Of a stretch of DNA of 64,000 nt, positions 12,760-26,149 are shown in pieces. The translations under genes were made by a program, and so were the position numbers. Source of the stretch: Vicugna vicugna (lineage: Eukaryota); contig MU058065.1 in NCBI GenBank assembly GCA_013265495.1, positions 3,327,003 through 3,391,002 of the forward strand, given 5' to 3'. Each line of letters starts with the position of its first letter. The stretch's first letter is position 1. The notes beneath the pieces were generated by a model. The model was not told the DNA's origin. It saw nothing but the letters and a program-made list of their open reading frames with translations, and did no database searches.

Positions 12760-15700
12760 CACAGAGAATTCTAAACCTAGCAGATTGAAAATGAAACAAA
12801 GGCATTTCCAGAAAAGCAAAAACTGAGAGAACTCATCCCCAGCAGAACCATGCTAAAAGAGACACTATTTAAATAGGGTAATTTAGGCAGAAGGAATGAG
12901 ATGCCAGATGAACCGTAGGAAGGAATGAGGAACAACAGAAATGTGGATAAACCTAAATGTATATCAACTATGCAACAATAAAAGTCAGTCCTTGTGGGCT
13001 TTAAATATTTGTAGAATTAAATTTTATTTAATAACCCACTCTTCCCAGGAAGTGGTAAAGATACTAATTTTCATTTGACTCTCCTAAATCAAGGATTCAT
13101 GCTGTAATCTCTGGGGTAACCACTAAAAGAATTGTAAAGACTTTATAACAAGCTAATAATGGAGAGAAAATGGGAGAGTTAACATACTTGAGTAATACAA
13201 AAGAAGATAAAGAAGATCAGGTGAGAAAAAGTTAACAAAGAGCAATATGACAGATTTAACTCCAAAAATATATCAGAATACATCATGTGACAATAGACTA
13301 AACATACCAATTAAAAAGCAAAACTGTCAAACTAAATTAAAAAAATAAGCCCAACTACATACTGCTTATAACACAATGAAAATATAAGGGTACAGAAAAG
13401 GCAAAAGAAAAAAAAATGGAAAAATGCTTTGCAAATACTCACCAAAACAAAGCTGGTGTTGCTCTGTTAATATTAGATAAAGTAAGCTTTGAAGCAAGAA
13501 GAATTACTAGAGACAAAAAGGACATTTAAAATAGTGAAAGGGTCAACCTATCAGGGACAATTTAAAAACTATACGTACCAAATAACATAGCTTCAAAATA
13601 TTTCAAAGTATGTGAAGAAAAACATTGACAGACTAAAAGGAGAGACAGGCAAATTCACAGACAGAGAGACTTTTACACACCTCTCTCTCAACAAGTCAGA
13701 GACCAAGCAGGGAAAAAAAAATCAATGAGAATATAGAAGATTATTACAAAGAACAATTTAAAAAATGACCCAATACATAAAGCCCCATGTGCAGCAACTA
13801 TACAAAATACAGTCCTATGTGGGGAAATAAAGCAAATCTCAACAAATTTCAAGAAATTGAAATCATATAGAGTTATCTTCTCTGACTACTGGGAAATTAG
13901 GCTAGAAATAAATTTAAAAATAATAATTAGAAAATTCTCAAATATTTGGAAATTTAAGTAATATATTTCTAAGTAACCCCTAGGGGAAATTAGAGAATAT
14001 TTTCAACTGAATGACAATGAAAAATAACTTATCAATACTTGTAGAATGCCACCATTTTTAAAGCGAAATGTAGAGCCTTAAAGGACATTTGGAAAAGAAG
14101 GGCTAAAAGTTAACAATTAAGAATCTACTTCAAATATTCTGAAGGAAGGATGAAAATAATGAAGAACAAAAAGTAACACACGTACAATGGAGAAAATTAA
14201 CAAAATCAAAAACTGGTTCTTTAGAAAGACTACTAAAAATTGATAAACCCCTATAAAATGGATAAACAAAGGATACAGAATCAGGAACGAAAAGAGAGAA
14301 ATCATTACAGATTCTACAAAAACAATAAAAAGACTATCATAAACAACTTATTGCAAAAACCTGATTTTTTTTCCTGCTTGTTCTCTGAACTGGTGAGAGA
14401 GAGGTGTGTAAAAATCTCCCACTTTGATTGTGGATTTGTCTATTTCTCCTTTTAGTCTGTCAATTTTCCCTTCACATACTGTGAACCAATTTATGGCAGT
14501 TAATTTGACAATTGAGATAAAATGGACAAATTCCTAGAAAAACACAACTTACAAAGGAGAAAATAGAAAATCTGAATAGTTATACATATGTGTGTACATA
14601 TGTGTATGTGTGTGTGTATATATATACACACACGAAATAAATAATTAAAATCCTTTTCCCAAAAATATGTATTCCAGACCCAGTCGGGTTACTAATGAAT
14701 TCTTCTAAACACTTAAGGTTGGGGGGGGGGTGGAACCTTATACAAATTCTTCTAGAAAATAGAAAAGAAAGTAAAACGGTTCCCAAATCCGTTTATGAGG
14801 TTGGCATAACCTTGATACTAAAACCTAGAAACAAAAAATATCATATACCAATCCCTCCCATATAGTTATAAAAGTCCACAAAATGTTAGGAGAAAGTAAC
14901 TTTAGTAATATAAAAAAGGCTGATATGTAATGACCAAATTGAGTTTACGCTAGAAATGCAAAGTTAGTTTAAAAATCAAAAATCAATCAGTCTAAACCAT
15001 AACATTAATAAAATAAAGAAGAAAAATCATATGATCATCTCAATAGATGCAAAAAAAATCATTTAATAAAATTCAATACCATTTAGGATTAAAAAAAAAA
15101 ACCCTCATAGCAGATCAGGACTAATAGGAAACTTTCCAATGCTGATAAATGGTCCCAACAACAACAAAAAAAATCTAGAGCTAACATCAACCTTAAGGAT
15201 GAAATAAAAAACACTTTCTCCCTGAGTTTAGAAACAAGGATGACCACATCGTCACTTCAATTCAATACCATACTGGAGGTCTAACCCCATGTGATTAAGG
15301 CAAACAAAAGAAATAAATATTGGAGAAGAAGAAGTAAATTTGGCATTGTTCGCCATTGTGTTGGAAACAACCCAAATATCCATCAGTAATAAGAGGGATA
15401 AATAAAATGTGATATAATCATACAATTTAATCCTATACAAGAATAAAAAGCAACGAACTAAAGCTACATACAATATGGGTGAATATCGCAAACAAAAAAG
15501 GAAGTTAAAGAAGCCCAGTGCTGAAGGATGCATACTGCATAATTCCATTTATGTGAAGGGCAGCTAAGTCTGCTGTCAGAGATCTGAGGAGTGGGTACCT
15601 TGGGGGAGGTGCAGAGTGGAGGGCACAGGGGACCTCTGAGGTACTGGTAATGCTATACTTAGTAACCTGTGTGGTGATTTCTTGGGTGTGCTTACTTACC
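12760..15700 (+). mobile_element. Degraded old L1 (ORF2 endonuclease/RT remnants plus 3' UTR)
   Basis: A-rich; 'atggacaaattcctagaaaaacacaactta', 'aatcatatgatcatctcaatagatgca', 'ggaaacaacccaaatatccatcag'; many stops. Confidence 0.85.
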
Positions 15701-16458
15701 TCTCCCTACCCTCTAGGTACTACTTACACACCTATACCCAAGAACCAGGTAGCAGGTTTTCTATTTACAAAACTCTCAAGTCCATTCGGAACTGCAGGAT
15801 TTCCTTCTCCACCCCCGCCTACATCATCATCACATTTATGAGATAAAATGTGTGAAGCACTGAAGCGGTGTGTCTTCAGATACTCTTCTCCTAAGAACTG
15901 GTCCCTCAAAGAGCCTCAAAACTTCATGCTGCTGACCACTGCTCCAGGGTCCCTTCTCACATGGCAAGACACCTGCCATATTCAACTCTGTGGCTTCTAG
16001 AAACTCCAAAATAGAGCATCCATGTCTGTACGGTATTTATTTTTGCATGATATTTTTCTGTTAAATTTTTCAAAAGTTTATTTTTACAGGCAAAACAAAA
16101 TAATGTTGAAAAAGAATTATTATATATTTGATCTTGCCTGGTCTTCTACAGTGAATGCAATATTCAGACTAATGGCTGAATCTTGTCAAATCTGACACAG
16201 TAACGTACACAGAAATAAAAAAGATTGATTTATGAACAGATAACATGGCATCTATGACAATCCACTTGACACTTACTGTACACTTACTCTCAGACACTCT
16301 GTTGGGAATTGTGGGGCATATAAAGGTGAAGAAAATAAGATTCTTAGCCTCCAGGGACTCAATCTAATGGGATAGACAGGTATGAATACAACCAACCATA
16401 TGCTCATATCATAGCTTGCTCTTACTGCTGTGAAAGTGATATTTATACATTAAAATGC

Positions 16459-17015
16459 CAGCATTATTTATAATAGCCAAGACATGGAAGCAACCTAAAT
16501 ATCCATTGACAGATGACTGGATAAAGAAGTTGTGGTATGTGTATACCACATACACACACAGTGGAATACTACTCAGCCATAAAAAATAAAATAATGCCAT
16601 CTGCAGCAACGTGAATGGACCTAGAGATTGTCATACTAAGTAAGCCAGAAAGAGAAAGAAAAATACCATATGATATCACTTATGTGTGGAATCTAAAAAA
16701 ATGACATAAATGAAATTACTTACAAAGCAGAAACAGACTCACAGACATAGAAAATAAACTTGTGGTTACCAGAGGGATAAGGGGGTGGGGTGGAGAGACA
16801 AACTGGGAGTCAGGAATTTGCACATACTAACTACTATATATAAAATAGATAAACAACAAGGTCCTACTGTACAGCATGAGGAACGATATTCAATATCTTG
16901 TAATAGCCTATAATTAAAAAGAATATGAAATACATATATATATAACTGAATCATTATGCTGTACACCAGAAACTAATTCAACTCTGTAAATCAACTATAC
17001 TCCAATTTAAAAAAA
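16459..17015 (+). mobile_element. Young lineage L1, 5'-truncated 3' end
   Basis: 'gcattatttataatagccaagacatggaagcaacctaaatatccattgacagatgactggataaagaag...actatactccaatttaaaaaaa'; flanked by aaaatgc on both sides. Confidence 0.9.
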
Positions 17016-17740
17016 TGCTACATGACCTAAGGGACTTTGAATGAAAAATCTTTCAAGTGTCCTTCTATCTACTGAAATAGAGATATTTGTATTTAATAGT
17101 AAAAGAAACAAATGTCAAGAAATTCGCATTCTGGTCTTTTCCGTTGGTAAAATGTCACAGTTTTCCCTAGGACGCTCACATTGAAGAAATTATCCTAAGC
17201 AGAGTTTCCCACAGTGTGCTCAGAGGAAGCTGGATGATAATGGGAAAAGGGATCCCAAAGCACGAGGGACACGGTCAACTGGCACCCTACGTCCATTCCC
17301 ACCTCCCCCTGAACCCGAGATGTGGGAAGGATAAAACGTACATTTCCTTGGCTCCTTGGCCAATCAGGCCCCAGCATTTAGATGCACTCTTGCAGAATTG
17401 GGAAAGTGGAAAGGGGGAGGAAGCCACCTTCCTCCTGCTGTTCCCGTGTTCTGGCAACATCCCAGGAAGGGGAGTTGCAGCAACAGGTCTGAGGAATCCA
17501 GCTCCTAGTTTTTTTTTCAGAGGCAACAAAGACCATCACAGTGGCTGGACTCAGCCTAGCATCTGCTTATTTGGTTGGTGAGAGGTGAAGATTGCAAGGA
17601 TGGTGGTGACAAGTGGCCAGCAGGACTTTGACTTCTGGGTGACAGCGATAGCCATGGGTTCTCCCTGCTCATCAAGCCCTTCTGACAGTTTGTAAGCACC
17701 AGGGTCCCCGTCTTAAATTCCACTGTGCTTGAAATACCTA

Positions 17741-17882
17741 GGGGGGAGGGTATAGCTCAAATGGTAGAGCACATGCTTAGCATGCAGGAGGTCCTGGGTT
17801 CAATCCCCAGTACCTCCTCCAAAAAATAAATACATAAATAAGTAAACGTAATTACCTCCCCCTCAAAATTAAAAACAAAAAA
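17741..17882 (+). mobile_element. tRNA-Ala-derived camelid SINE (Vic-1-like), long form
   Basis: GGGGAGGGTATAGCTCAAATGGTAGAG...GGTTCAATCCCCAGTACCTCC (A and B boxes), then 'taattacctcccc' and an A-rich tail. Confidence 0.9.
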
Positions 17883-19687
17883 CCTTAGAGTTAATTCTAT
17901 TTTCTTTCTTTAATTTAGAGTCTTGGGTTTTTGTTGTTTTAAAATATTTAATTACGTGATGTTAATAGCTGAATTCTGTCTCGTATCTTGATATACAGTT
18001 AATTAAAGCTGGCAATTCCTCATCGCTACACATTAAATTGTTTTCTATGTTGCACTATTTTAAATAGCACTACGACTTTATTCAAATGTATGTATTTATT
18101 CAACTGTTTTTTAGGATAAATTGTCAGAATTCCTAGGCGAAAAGGAATGTACCATTCATTTTACTGCTTTTAACACATGTTCCATGAAAAGGTCCCTTGA
18201 GAATATCCCATTACTCAACCCCTTATCAACCCTGATTGTCATATTTTAATTTTTTTTATCTCACAGGCAAAAATTTAAAAATGACATCTCACTGTTATTT
18301 GTACTTCTTTTGTGACTTTTTTTTATAACCCTATAAATACAGGTGAAATTGGTTCCTTATATTTATTGGACGTTTTTATTTTTCCTTTTGGGAATTGCCT
18401 GTTCTTGTCTGTTGGTATGCTGGGCTTTTGCTTATTAATTCTTTATATTATATTAATCCTTTTTCTATCCCTAAGTACATTTATGCTTTTAACAATGACT
18501 ATCAGTTTTTATATATGGAAGCTTTTAAAAATATATGTAATCAGCTCTCCTAATCTTTTGTGAATTATTACATTTAATCATACCAAGAAAAGTCTTTTTT
18601 AAAAATATATTCTTCCCAGTTTTTCCCAATTTTTTTTTTTTTGAGACAGCATGAAGAATATACGAGGCTTCCTGGCTGAGGCAGACAAACTCACCTGGCC
18701 CCTAACGCACTGGATTTGCTTCTGCCTGCATGGCTTTGAGCTACTGATATTAATTATGTAGGATCCTTCTTTTCCAAGGGGTGCATCTGCGTTCTGAAGG
18801 AGAATAATTTACTGAACTAGGTTGAATTTTTTCCGATGATTGGATTTGGTTCAGACAAAAAAGATTTATTCTCGGGTTTCAAAGGTTAGTTGAGGACTCA
18901 CAGCAAAGCATTTCAGCTCTTTCTTTTCATTCAGCTGGTAGAACAAACCAGTAATAACTTAGAGAGCTGCAATGAAAATAAAGTGCCAGTATTTTCGGGA
19001 AGGTCACAGCAACAGTGAGTATTATGGCAGAAATGTGTGTCTGTCTCTTCCCAAGGGGCCAAAGAATCTTTTCAAAAAAATAATGTAAATGAATGGGAAG
19101 GTCTGATTCATTTACCGAAGTTGATTTCACAAACAAATTCTGAAGACAATGCTTTTTCCATTAAGAGAGGCATGGGATTATAAGCTTACAGGAAAACTTC
19201 ACCCTTCAGCGAGACCGACACTGTATAATCCAAAAAGCAATAACCTAACAAAAGAAACACGGAGACTGGTTTCTACGGAAGGTTTAATCCAACTCCTTGC
19301 TCTCATTTTTACCAGTACCTGGGACTCAGGTAGCACAAAGATACAATCCACAGCAGGATTATCTCACAACACATCCCACTAGAGCAGCTTCTCAGGCTCC
19401 AGGCCACAGAATGTTAGAGGCCGACCAGTTTTCACTGCAGCAGGAAGGATAGAGGTGGCTTCTGGTCGAGGCAAACTGGCCCTGTACCAGCTGTGCCTGC
19501 TCCAGCCCTTTAGAGTTTGGCTTTGCTGCCCTGTGGGACCTCTGGACTCTGGGTGATTCTGGTGCTTTGACCACCTTCTGTCTGTCCATCTTCTGTGGGC
19601 TGCATTCAGGGCTCAGTCCAGCTCCACCTCCTAGATTTAGGGCACTTCCAGTAGCCTATGCTCCTCACACTTTCAGAACAGATGATA

Positions 19688-19695
19688 TACACACA

Positions 19696-19731
<36 letters not shown>

Positions 19732-19797
19732 GGGGACTGAACCCAGGACCTCACGCATGCCAGGCATGTACTCTACCACTGAGCTCCCCACCACCCC
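19688..19797 (-). mobile_element. Vic-1-like SINE, short diverged copy with a (TG)n tail
   Basis: reverse complement of the tRNA head at 19731-19797; (CA)n at 19688-19730. Confidence 0.85.
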
Positions 19798-21029
19798 ACC
19801 GTATTCGTTATTAGGCATGCATACCATGAGCAGTTCTTGCTGGAAATTATGCAAAGCCCTAATTTTGGTTCAATAAATACAGAAGCATAAAATGCTTTCT
19901 GTTTCCCTTCATATCATCCTAGCAAATGGCTGGCTGAATTACTCTGGTGGTTTGACTAATAACGATTTGTTTTATTTTAAAACACACACACACACAACAA
20001 CAACTTTAAAAACAAGAGGGGATGAGTGTTTGTACCATGAGTAATTATTAATTTTAAAACCAGAAATAATCCTCTATTTTAATGAAAGGGTAAAGACATT
20101 TCTCTCCAAGGTAAAGAGAGAACAATGGGCATAATGTGAGGACCGAGGCTTAGAAACACGGCCAAATTCCCTTTTTACCTCAGTAACTAATTCATCCAAC
20201 AGGGCATAACAAAGTAGAGCTTTGTAGGGCGTAATTTGTGTTACAATTAACTTTCTTCTCCATATTAAGTAAGGCAATTTGAAGTAAGTTTTTTTTTTTT
20301 TAAACTAGTTTCAAAGGACTTGAAAAAACACACCAAAAATGCTCTAGTCCAAAGCCAGAGCATAGTTTCGTATGGTCTGCAGATAATTTAATATTTGAGA
20401 AATCGTTTCAACATTCTCCAACTCTAACCAAAACTAAAGCAATACTTAGGGAAAAAAAAACGAACGAGTAAGCAAATAAAACCTAATATCTATATAATTA
20501 TCCACAGATCAAACAATTTAGGGACAATAAAACAGAGCAGTGTTTCAGCTAATTCAAGTTCAAAATAATGGAATAACCATTCACCAATCAAACAGCAATA
20601 ACAACAATTCTGGCTAATTTTACCATTAATATATTAGGGGCGATTGATTGCTTTATCAGTTAAAAGACTTTAAGTCAATTCTATGTAAGTTGATTAATTC
20701 CAGGCATCACAAATGCAGTGTGATCAGCCTTCTTGCTTTGCCCTGCCCATCCTCCTTTCCCCACTAACACAAATACAACTGTGTATAACTGTGTCCAGTC
20801 ATTGAGTCTTTGAAACAGTAGGACATTGCAATAGTGTCAGTGTACAAAGGATGTATCACTGGTGCTTCGCTGGTCTGCTTCTTCTAGTGACAGATGTGTT
20901 TTGCTGTGGAGAAGGGCCCCTCTCACATGCCGATCCTAACCCTAAGCAACCCTGCCCATCACAGCCCCTGCACACGCGGGCTGGCTCCTGACCCAGCTCA
21001 CCCAACCACAAGCCTCTTCACCCCTTGGG

Positions 21030-21365
21030 TGATGTTTGGCACAGCAAGAGGTTCAAAATCCAGGCTCGCCCAATTAGACACTTTTTCTGGAATTCTTCCC
21101 ACTGGAATCCTTTCAGGAATGAAACAAAGAATTTTAAGCCCTGGGTCTGGCCTCAGAGAGAAGGCAGCCCAAGAGGATGCATCCACCATGCGGCAAGATG
21201 CAGAGGTGACCTTGGGAAAGAGATCTAGGCCCCGGGTCCCACTCTCGCAGTGGCCACCTGCACCTCTACCGTTACACACTGTGGTTATAAAAACCAGCGC
21301 ATTTCCTCTCAAGCTTAAAGGTGTTTGAGTTGGTTTCTGTTATTTGCATTCAAGGCAGCCTGACT
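21030..21365 (+). mobile_element. MaLR (MLT1-type) LTR remnant
   Basis: 3' end 'catttcctctcaagcttaaag...tttgagttggtttctgttatttgca...agcctgact'. Confidence 0.5.
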
Positions 21366-22574
21366 CGCCCACATGGGAGCCACTTGAGCTTCTCATTCTC
21401 CATCCAGTGAGCTTAACTGGGTTGTCTTCCTAGTTCCTGTTCTCGGGGCACTGCCTTTGCAGCCCACAGTGGGGCGCCTCCGGAGCCCTGTTTCTGCTTT
21501 GTGACCCTGTCCCCCTGCTGGGCTCTGACATCCAAGGGTAGTGCCCAGCCCAAAGATTCAACTCTGGAAGTGAAGGTTTCTATCTGAGAGAGAAGTTGTC
21601 GGGAGCTGGGTTCTGTGGATGGCGGTACTCGAAAGGGAGAGGGAGACACATATGAGGCTTCGTTGTTCGGCCCCACCTGTGTTGGATTCCACGGGCTGCC
21701 TCATCTTTCCAAGATACTCTACCCTCTCCTTCTCCTCCCACCCCGTTTAGCTAGCTGTAATTGGTTTGCTTTTCAAACCAAGAGGACATGAATTTTATAC
21801 ACCAAAAAAATTGTTTCCATAAATCACTGGTTAGGTTGCTTTTTACTATGGGAAAGGTAAGATTTCAATAAAAATCAGCTTGGGCAATAAGGAACAGCCA
21901 ATCTAGAAGCTCCCCAACGCATGGGACAGCAGCATCAGACTTGGAAGTAATATCCTGGGAGTGGTGTGAGAACAGCCTTAAGACATCTTTAAGAGTCCGA
22001 ACTCATTTGACTTGGTGATGACCTGGTTGATGGGGTGTGGGAGAAGAGGAGCTAGGCCGGTGCCCAAGTTTCTGACATGGGCGTCTTGGTGGATGGAAGC
22101 CACGCCAGAGCAGGTTTGGCTGGATGGTGACGCTGTGTGCAGGTTCAAAGCCTCCCCTCTACCCACACTTCGCTCATGTCTGCCCAGCAGTCAGCTGGAG
22201 CCTTGACATCACAGCAAATCACTCACCTCTGACAAGGAGGGATTTCTTAATGGATGAGATAAGCAACTAGCTGTTCCTCCTCTGGAGACCTCATGGAGAC
22301 CCATTAACATGAAGCAGGCAGCTGCCTGCGTGACTCAGGTGCTTGACCCATCTTGACCTTCCTTCCACCTTCCAACTCTAGCTTTGTTCAGGCACCTGCC
22401 CATGCTTGGCTCTAGAGGACAGTCTACTCAATGGCCCCCGACCTTGGCTGCACGTGAAACATCACCTGAGGAGCTTCGGAAAAACCGTCAATGCTGGGGA
22501 GCCATTATTTACATAGTTTTTAATTTTGGTAAAGATTATATATACTTTATATATATATTTGGCAAACAAAATAT

Positions 22575-23060
22575 ATATTTTATTGTGCTAAAAAAAGCCC
22601 ACATAGCACAAAATTTACCATCTTAACCATTTTAAGGGTACAGTTCAGTGGTATTGACTATGTTTACCTTGTTGTGCAACTCTTGCCACTATCCACTTCC
22701 AGAAATTTTTCATCACTCCAAACTGAAACTCTGTATCCATTAAAAAATAACTGGCGATCCCCCTGCTCAGGTTCTGGTAACCAGCTTCTACTTTCTGTCT
22801 TTATGAATATAAACAGAATCGTATGGTATTTGTCCTTTGGTGAGTGGTTTATTTCACTTAGCATAATGTCTTCAAGTTTCTTCCGTGCAGTATCATGTCA
22901 GAACTCCTTTCCTTTTTAAGGCTGAATAATATTCCATTGTATGAATGTATCATATGTTATTTATCCATTCATCCATCAGTGGACACTTGGGTTGCTTCCA
23001 CCTTTCGGCTATTGTGAATAATGCTGCTGCTATGAACATGGGTGTCCAAACATCCTCAGA
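22575..23060 (-). mobile_element. L1MB-like 3' end
   Basis: 'aaaatttaccatcttaaccatttttaag...ggctgaataatattccattgtatg...ggacacttgggttgcttccacc'. Confidence 0.85.
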
Positions 23061-25335
23061 TACTTTTTTAAAATTTTCCGTGGGATTTACATGTACAGTC
23101 AAGGTTGAGAACCACCAGCATGTGGAGAATGTGAGGGGTCCAGGGGAGAAGCAGGCCATCTCAGTTGGATTGATCCAGGGGGTACACACTAATTATAATA
23201 CTGATCACAGCCAGTAATCAGAAGCTCACCTGTCTGTCTCTGTCAATAGACTCGGACACTCGGGAGGGTGAGGTAGGTTTTGTCTGTCCCAGGCTCTTCC
23301 AGATCTAGATCCAAGTCTGACATCTTGCAAAAGCTTATAAAACTACCAGTCCCTAATTTAACCCCATCTTATTATGAAAACCAACCGTTGCCTTCTGCTA
23401 CTAGAACTTATGACCATCACACCCTGGGCTGTGCCTCTGAGCCTAGAGCCTGACTCAGACCTCCGCCTGAGTCAGGGTCTCAGGTATTTATGAAATAAGA
23501 CTACACATGGGAAAGAAGTCCTGGGCAGTGATGGTGCAGCAGGATGGGGGTGGAAGGAATAGTTACTTCTGTCCCTTGTTTCAGCTTCTTCTGGGACAGA
23601 TGCTCCAAGTGAGTGGCCAGACCCGCTACTTGCATCTCAGTGAGAGGCTTCAACGATCTGCCCCACAAATTTCCACTTCTGCATCCGATAACTCGCTTTT
23701 AAAACTAAAGACGTGTAGCTGGATTTTTACTTGGGTGAGTTTTCCATACCCTCTATTCGTGTCTGCAGCTTCACATTCCCGTGTTTACTTTGGTTTTCAT
23801 TTTAACCTGACTTCCTAAGATCATTGTTTATTAAAACCTATGGAAATTAAAAAGTAGCCTCAGATAAAAGAAATACCCAAACACCCGAGAGAGAGTTCTG
23901 CTTCATTCCGTAGCTAAATCTGTGGACATAATTTGGAGAGGACCTCTTATAGTGAGGAGCAGCGGCGTAGCACATTAGGAATGTCTTCCTCCCCTTTCAC
24001 CCTTTCTGTCTTAGAGGCCATGAGTCACAGCATGCAATGGGACCGGGACAGCAGGGACGTGTCTTGGTAGGTAGGTGGTAATTGCTCCCGTTGTATTTTC
24101 AAGATCTGGGCCCCCTTCACCCGGGCAGCGCCCCAGGATCAGGGTGGGTGCAAAACCAGCAAGAGCACACACAGGCATGGTCAGAGCTGGGGTTTATTTC
24201 AAACTCGGACATTCTGTTCGTCACGGAAAATTTCTACATTGATTTTGATTTTTTTTTCAACTATTGCATTCAAGTCACGTATCTTGATCCCCGAGTTGTC
24301 TGGCGCCCCTTCAATTTCATGCCTCACTTGCCTCACCCTAGGCCCAGCCCTGACTTCACTCACCTCCCTGCTTTCCTTTGAGTTAGAATTTGTCTTTTAA
24401 GAGGAAAGCATGATCTTGCTCTCTGACTCTCATGCACCCATAAACCTTCTTTCTCTGGGTTTACTTCCTCCCAGATCTCTGCCTCTGCCCATTTTGACAA
24501 ACTTTCTCCCTCTATCTGTTTACCTGTGTGGCTTCTTCCTTCCACCCTCTCCCCAGTTCACCAACATCAGACACCAGGAGGAGAAACAAGAGGGCCAACG
24601 AAGGCTGGCTTTCCCCTCCGAGGTCCTTTGCTAATGCCATTCTTGAGCCTCGTGGGAAGAGTTAACGCTATTAGCAAGGGCGTGTTCCTTTTCAAAGAAG
24701 TCTTTCTTGCACCAGTTATGATGATAAATAGTGCCTGTGGCAAACTGTGGCCAGCCTGATGCTCTGGATCATCCAGGCAGCTCGTTGGCACACCAGGAAA
24801 TGGAACTGAGTCATTTTAATTGTGCTAATTCCTGGAAAAATTCCTAATACGGTAAAAGGGTGGACAGATCTTTAAGTGCAAGCCCCAGTATGGAAGGAAG
24901 CATTTTGACCTGGTGGGACCGTACCCTGCAGGGACAGCTGATACACCTGCACTTCAGGCCCATGACTGTGAGGAATTAAGTGGGGATCTGCACTGACTCA
25001 CTCGCATCCCTGACCCTGGGTGTTTTCCTGCACTGCCTGCTGTATCACCAGTAAACCAACACCCAATAAATGAGCTGAATCTCCATTGCTGTTCTAGCCA
25101 GTCTTCAAAGTCATGAGAACCTAGCCCAGCTCAGCCTCTGGAATATTATCTTAATGATTCATTACTGTTATTATACATGTGCCATAAGATAATTATTACT
25201 TAATTCAATGGCCTGATGGGAACTATAACTACATGTGCAAATAGCTTTATAAACACATCGTGTGAGGAACACCCTGACACACAGGCTACACTACTATTCA
25301 GATAATCATCCCAAGACCTGCCCACAAAGACTTAC

Positions 25336-25425
25336 CAGGACCGTGTGCATCCCAGTGTAAAGTCTGCTAAGACACACCAAGGTGGAGAACAGCACAGCCA
25401 ACATCAATCCAAAAACAAATGGATA
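25336..25425 (-). CDS. SGPP2: SGPP2 exon 4 (90 nt, 30 aa), start of PAP2 motif C3 (SRLYTGMH)
   Basis: gacAG|TATCCA...GTCCTG|GTAAGT; YPFVFGLMLAVLFSTLVCLSRLYTGMHTVL; too short for the ORF track, read manually. Confidence 0.96.
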
Positions 25426-26149
25426 CTGTCGGGGTGGGGGTGGGGGGAGAAGAGAAAACAAGAAATTAGATCATGCTCAGACTCGTACAATTTGATGCTG
25501 TAGAAGGAAATAGGATTCCTGACCCAATAACTGCCAGTCTCCAACTCTCATTCCCTCAGCCAGCACTCTGATGATCTAAAACCACTTGCAAAATGGGAAA
25601 ACCAAGGAAACAGAAGGGGCAGATGCCCAGGAATATAGTTCTGGAGAGAAGTTTGACAACATCTTGATATGCCAATAAGACAAAGTAGAACCTGACTTTA
25701 AGAGTGATGACCATAGCTTTTTTGCTGGAAGTTTTAGGGGGCAGATATTTTTATTTCTTCCTATTCTTAGAGTAAGTCTTGTGAAATCTACAGTATTTCC
25801 AAGAGGCAAGGTGGATGGACAGTGCTACTACAATTTGGAAGTCCAACCAGCTACTTCCCCATCATCTGCTATGGTGATAAAGCTTGGCAACAATTGGCTT
25901 CCTGAGGAAGCCCCAAGCTAAGACTGGGCATATGTCATAGATACCAGGGCAAAAGCCCAGACTTTACTGAATCTCGACATCTGCAGGTGGGTAAGAAAAG
26001 CAGCTGGAGGAATCTGGCTAATGCTGAGTCATGGAAGGAACATACGGATATTCTGTTTATGAACTAGACGTAGAGATATAATTGCTTCAAGTATTAATGT
26101 CTGAGGTCTTCCATGGTGATTAGAGTAAAGATAGAGAACTGTCTATATT

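Noticed and set aside
17741..17820. tRNA-Ala(AGC)-like sequences here and at 61683 and elsewhere
   Set aside because: Nine diverged copies with A-rich or simple-repeat tails, most with TSDs; these are SINEs, not tRNA genes.
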